Shown: positions 62,658 through 64,000 of the stretch, piece by piece
Layout: each line of letters starts with the position of its first letter
Position numbering within the stretch: position 1 is the stretch's first letter
Origin: Diadema antillarum
Taxonomy: Eukaryota
DNA: 64,000 nucleotides
Assembly: GCF_040938485.1 (NCBI RefSeq)
Contig: NW_027271555.1
Span: 248,001 to 312,000 of the forward strand
Direction of reading: 5' to 3'
Made by a program: the position numbers and the translations under genes
The notes under the pieces: model-generated
Databases searched by the model: none
Seen by the model: the letters and a program-made list of their open reading frames with translations, nothing else
What the model was told of the DNA's origin: nothing

Positions 62658-64000
62658 GAATGAGCAACGCGGTAGGATGTTCCTGTATCCTTTTGCATGC
62701 ATGCCTGAAATTCAGAAATACGGTCATTTTTCCTTTTTTATTTTATTGAGGTGAGGTGGCGTTCTTCTTGTGGGAGAGCGTAACGTTTGAAGATGTTTTG
62801 TAATGATCATTTTAGGTAACGTTGGTTACCACTGACATAACAGACAGACGTGTGCGGCGTGACTGCAAAGCCTCAGTGAGGAGCGAAAGAGACTTCGGAG
62901 AGAAACATCAACATCACTTCTCCAGCAAACTAATCCCCTTTGGGATTTCCCGCTTTTAGCTGCTCTTGGATTCCCCGTTCAAGTCCGCCTTCACGATTAC
63001 TTCCTCGCCATACGCTGAGTATAACACCGCCGTGTGGTGAGAAAATTCCAACGGCATATGGTCCGTGCCTTGTGCCCCTATGTAACATAAACACTTGTTT
63101 TGATGCACCAAAAACATTCGTGTATCCATTGCGCTTCTTTAATTTCACAGACGCAAGATTTCCGAAAAACACCTGTCCACCAATTGTTCTCCGGCATGGT
63201 CTCACTTAACCCTCACAGCGTCGTGGCGAAGATCCCACCATGCTGATTCCGCTGAGTTTTAGATCTCAGCCAGAACCGAAGGGTTAGCCTACGACTCGGA
63301 GACATTGCGTCTCTACACTCCTACACGTTGCAAGCATAGGATGGAGGGAGGAATAACTACCAATATGTGTGCCATAATGACTTAAACGTTGGTCACCATA
63401 GCAACCGACAAAGCCGACAAACGTGTTCCTAAGTCAAGTAATATACAGAAAGGACGAGATGGAGGAATTTGATCGCGCATTAATGGCGGGGATGTCAGTC
63501 AGTGCAGTATTCTGTTTCCATATAAAAGGGTCGCATACGGAGCGAGCCTAGCCTCAGTTGCATTGTTTTCATACCAAATGGACTAAAAGAATGGGGATGA
63601 TACGGTATAGGGGAGCAAACTTAGCCTGTCAGTAGTGGAAACCCTATCAACACCCTCTCACGGTATTTAGTAAACTCTTTCGAACACGAGACGACCTACA
63701 TCAGCTTCTCATCGAAACACGATCCATACACAAGCACTACACTTAACTGAACTATAAATGCTTCGTATCTCAAAGTAAATGTTTTTATTTTCATTTCAAG
63801 TCCTTGAGAAATGATCTCAAGAAGATCATCTAATTGCACTTGCACACTTCTGCTATGTGGTTACAAGCTTCATCTGAAAGGTGTGTAAACGAACGGGGAT
63901 GGTAAAGCTTTCCCCGCAGACCGGCTGGAATTAGCAGGGCCATGAGGAAACGGTATCTAGTACTTTGTATTCGGGCAGTTTTACAAAGTTAATAACGTTT

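Larger units (their letters stand above)
42019..64000 (+). other. Intron 3 of the alx gene (open-ended)
   Basis: Begins at the GTAAGC donor. No exon encoding VWFQNRRAKWRK was found by eye on the + strand before the window ends. Confidence 0.7.

Noticed and set aside
1-64000. CRISPR array, operon or other prokaryotic defence system
   Set aside because: There are no regularly spaced repeats with unique spacers and no gene-dense ORFs. The DNA is spliceosomal-intron-containing animal sequence.

Overview
This is AT-rich animal genomic DNA, almost certainly echinoderm and most likely sea urchin. It is intron-rich, with microsatellites, poly-C/G runs and short interspersed repeats. I found no prokaryotic genes, rRNA, intact tRNA or CRISPR array. 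The one gene I can support well is the 5' half of an Alx-family (aristaless/Cart1-like, PRD-class) homeobox gene on the + strand, most likely alx1, the skeletogenic regulator. It has a TATA box at 35388, an ATG-free leader of about 315 nt, and coding exons at 35734-35770, 40508-40872 and 41935-42018. These splice in frame through GT-AG introns to give MLFYPSMPCLATYPGQNKDMIP...[49 protein letters not shown]. The next exon (expected VWFQNRR...) was not seen before 64000, so intron 3 appears to exceed about 22 kb. The remainder is intergenic or intronic, with candidate cis-regulatory patches, MITE-like elements, a tRNA-derived SINE, and a few weak unassigned minus-strand exon candidates. The most unusual signal is three tiny (22-40 bp) hairpins that share CATGGAGCT...GCTCCATG ends, have different fillers, and sit between 7-bp direct repeats. 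They look like excision scars of a P-superfamily-like DNA transposon. All motif observations were made by eye, not by exhaustive scanning, and nearly all ORFs in the supplied track look spurious.
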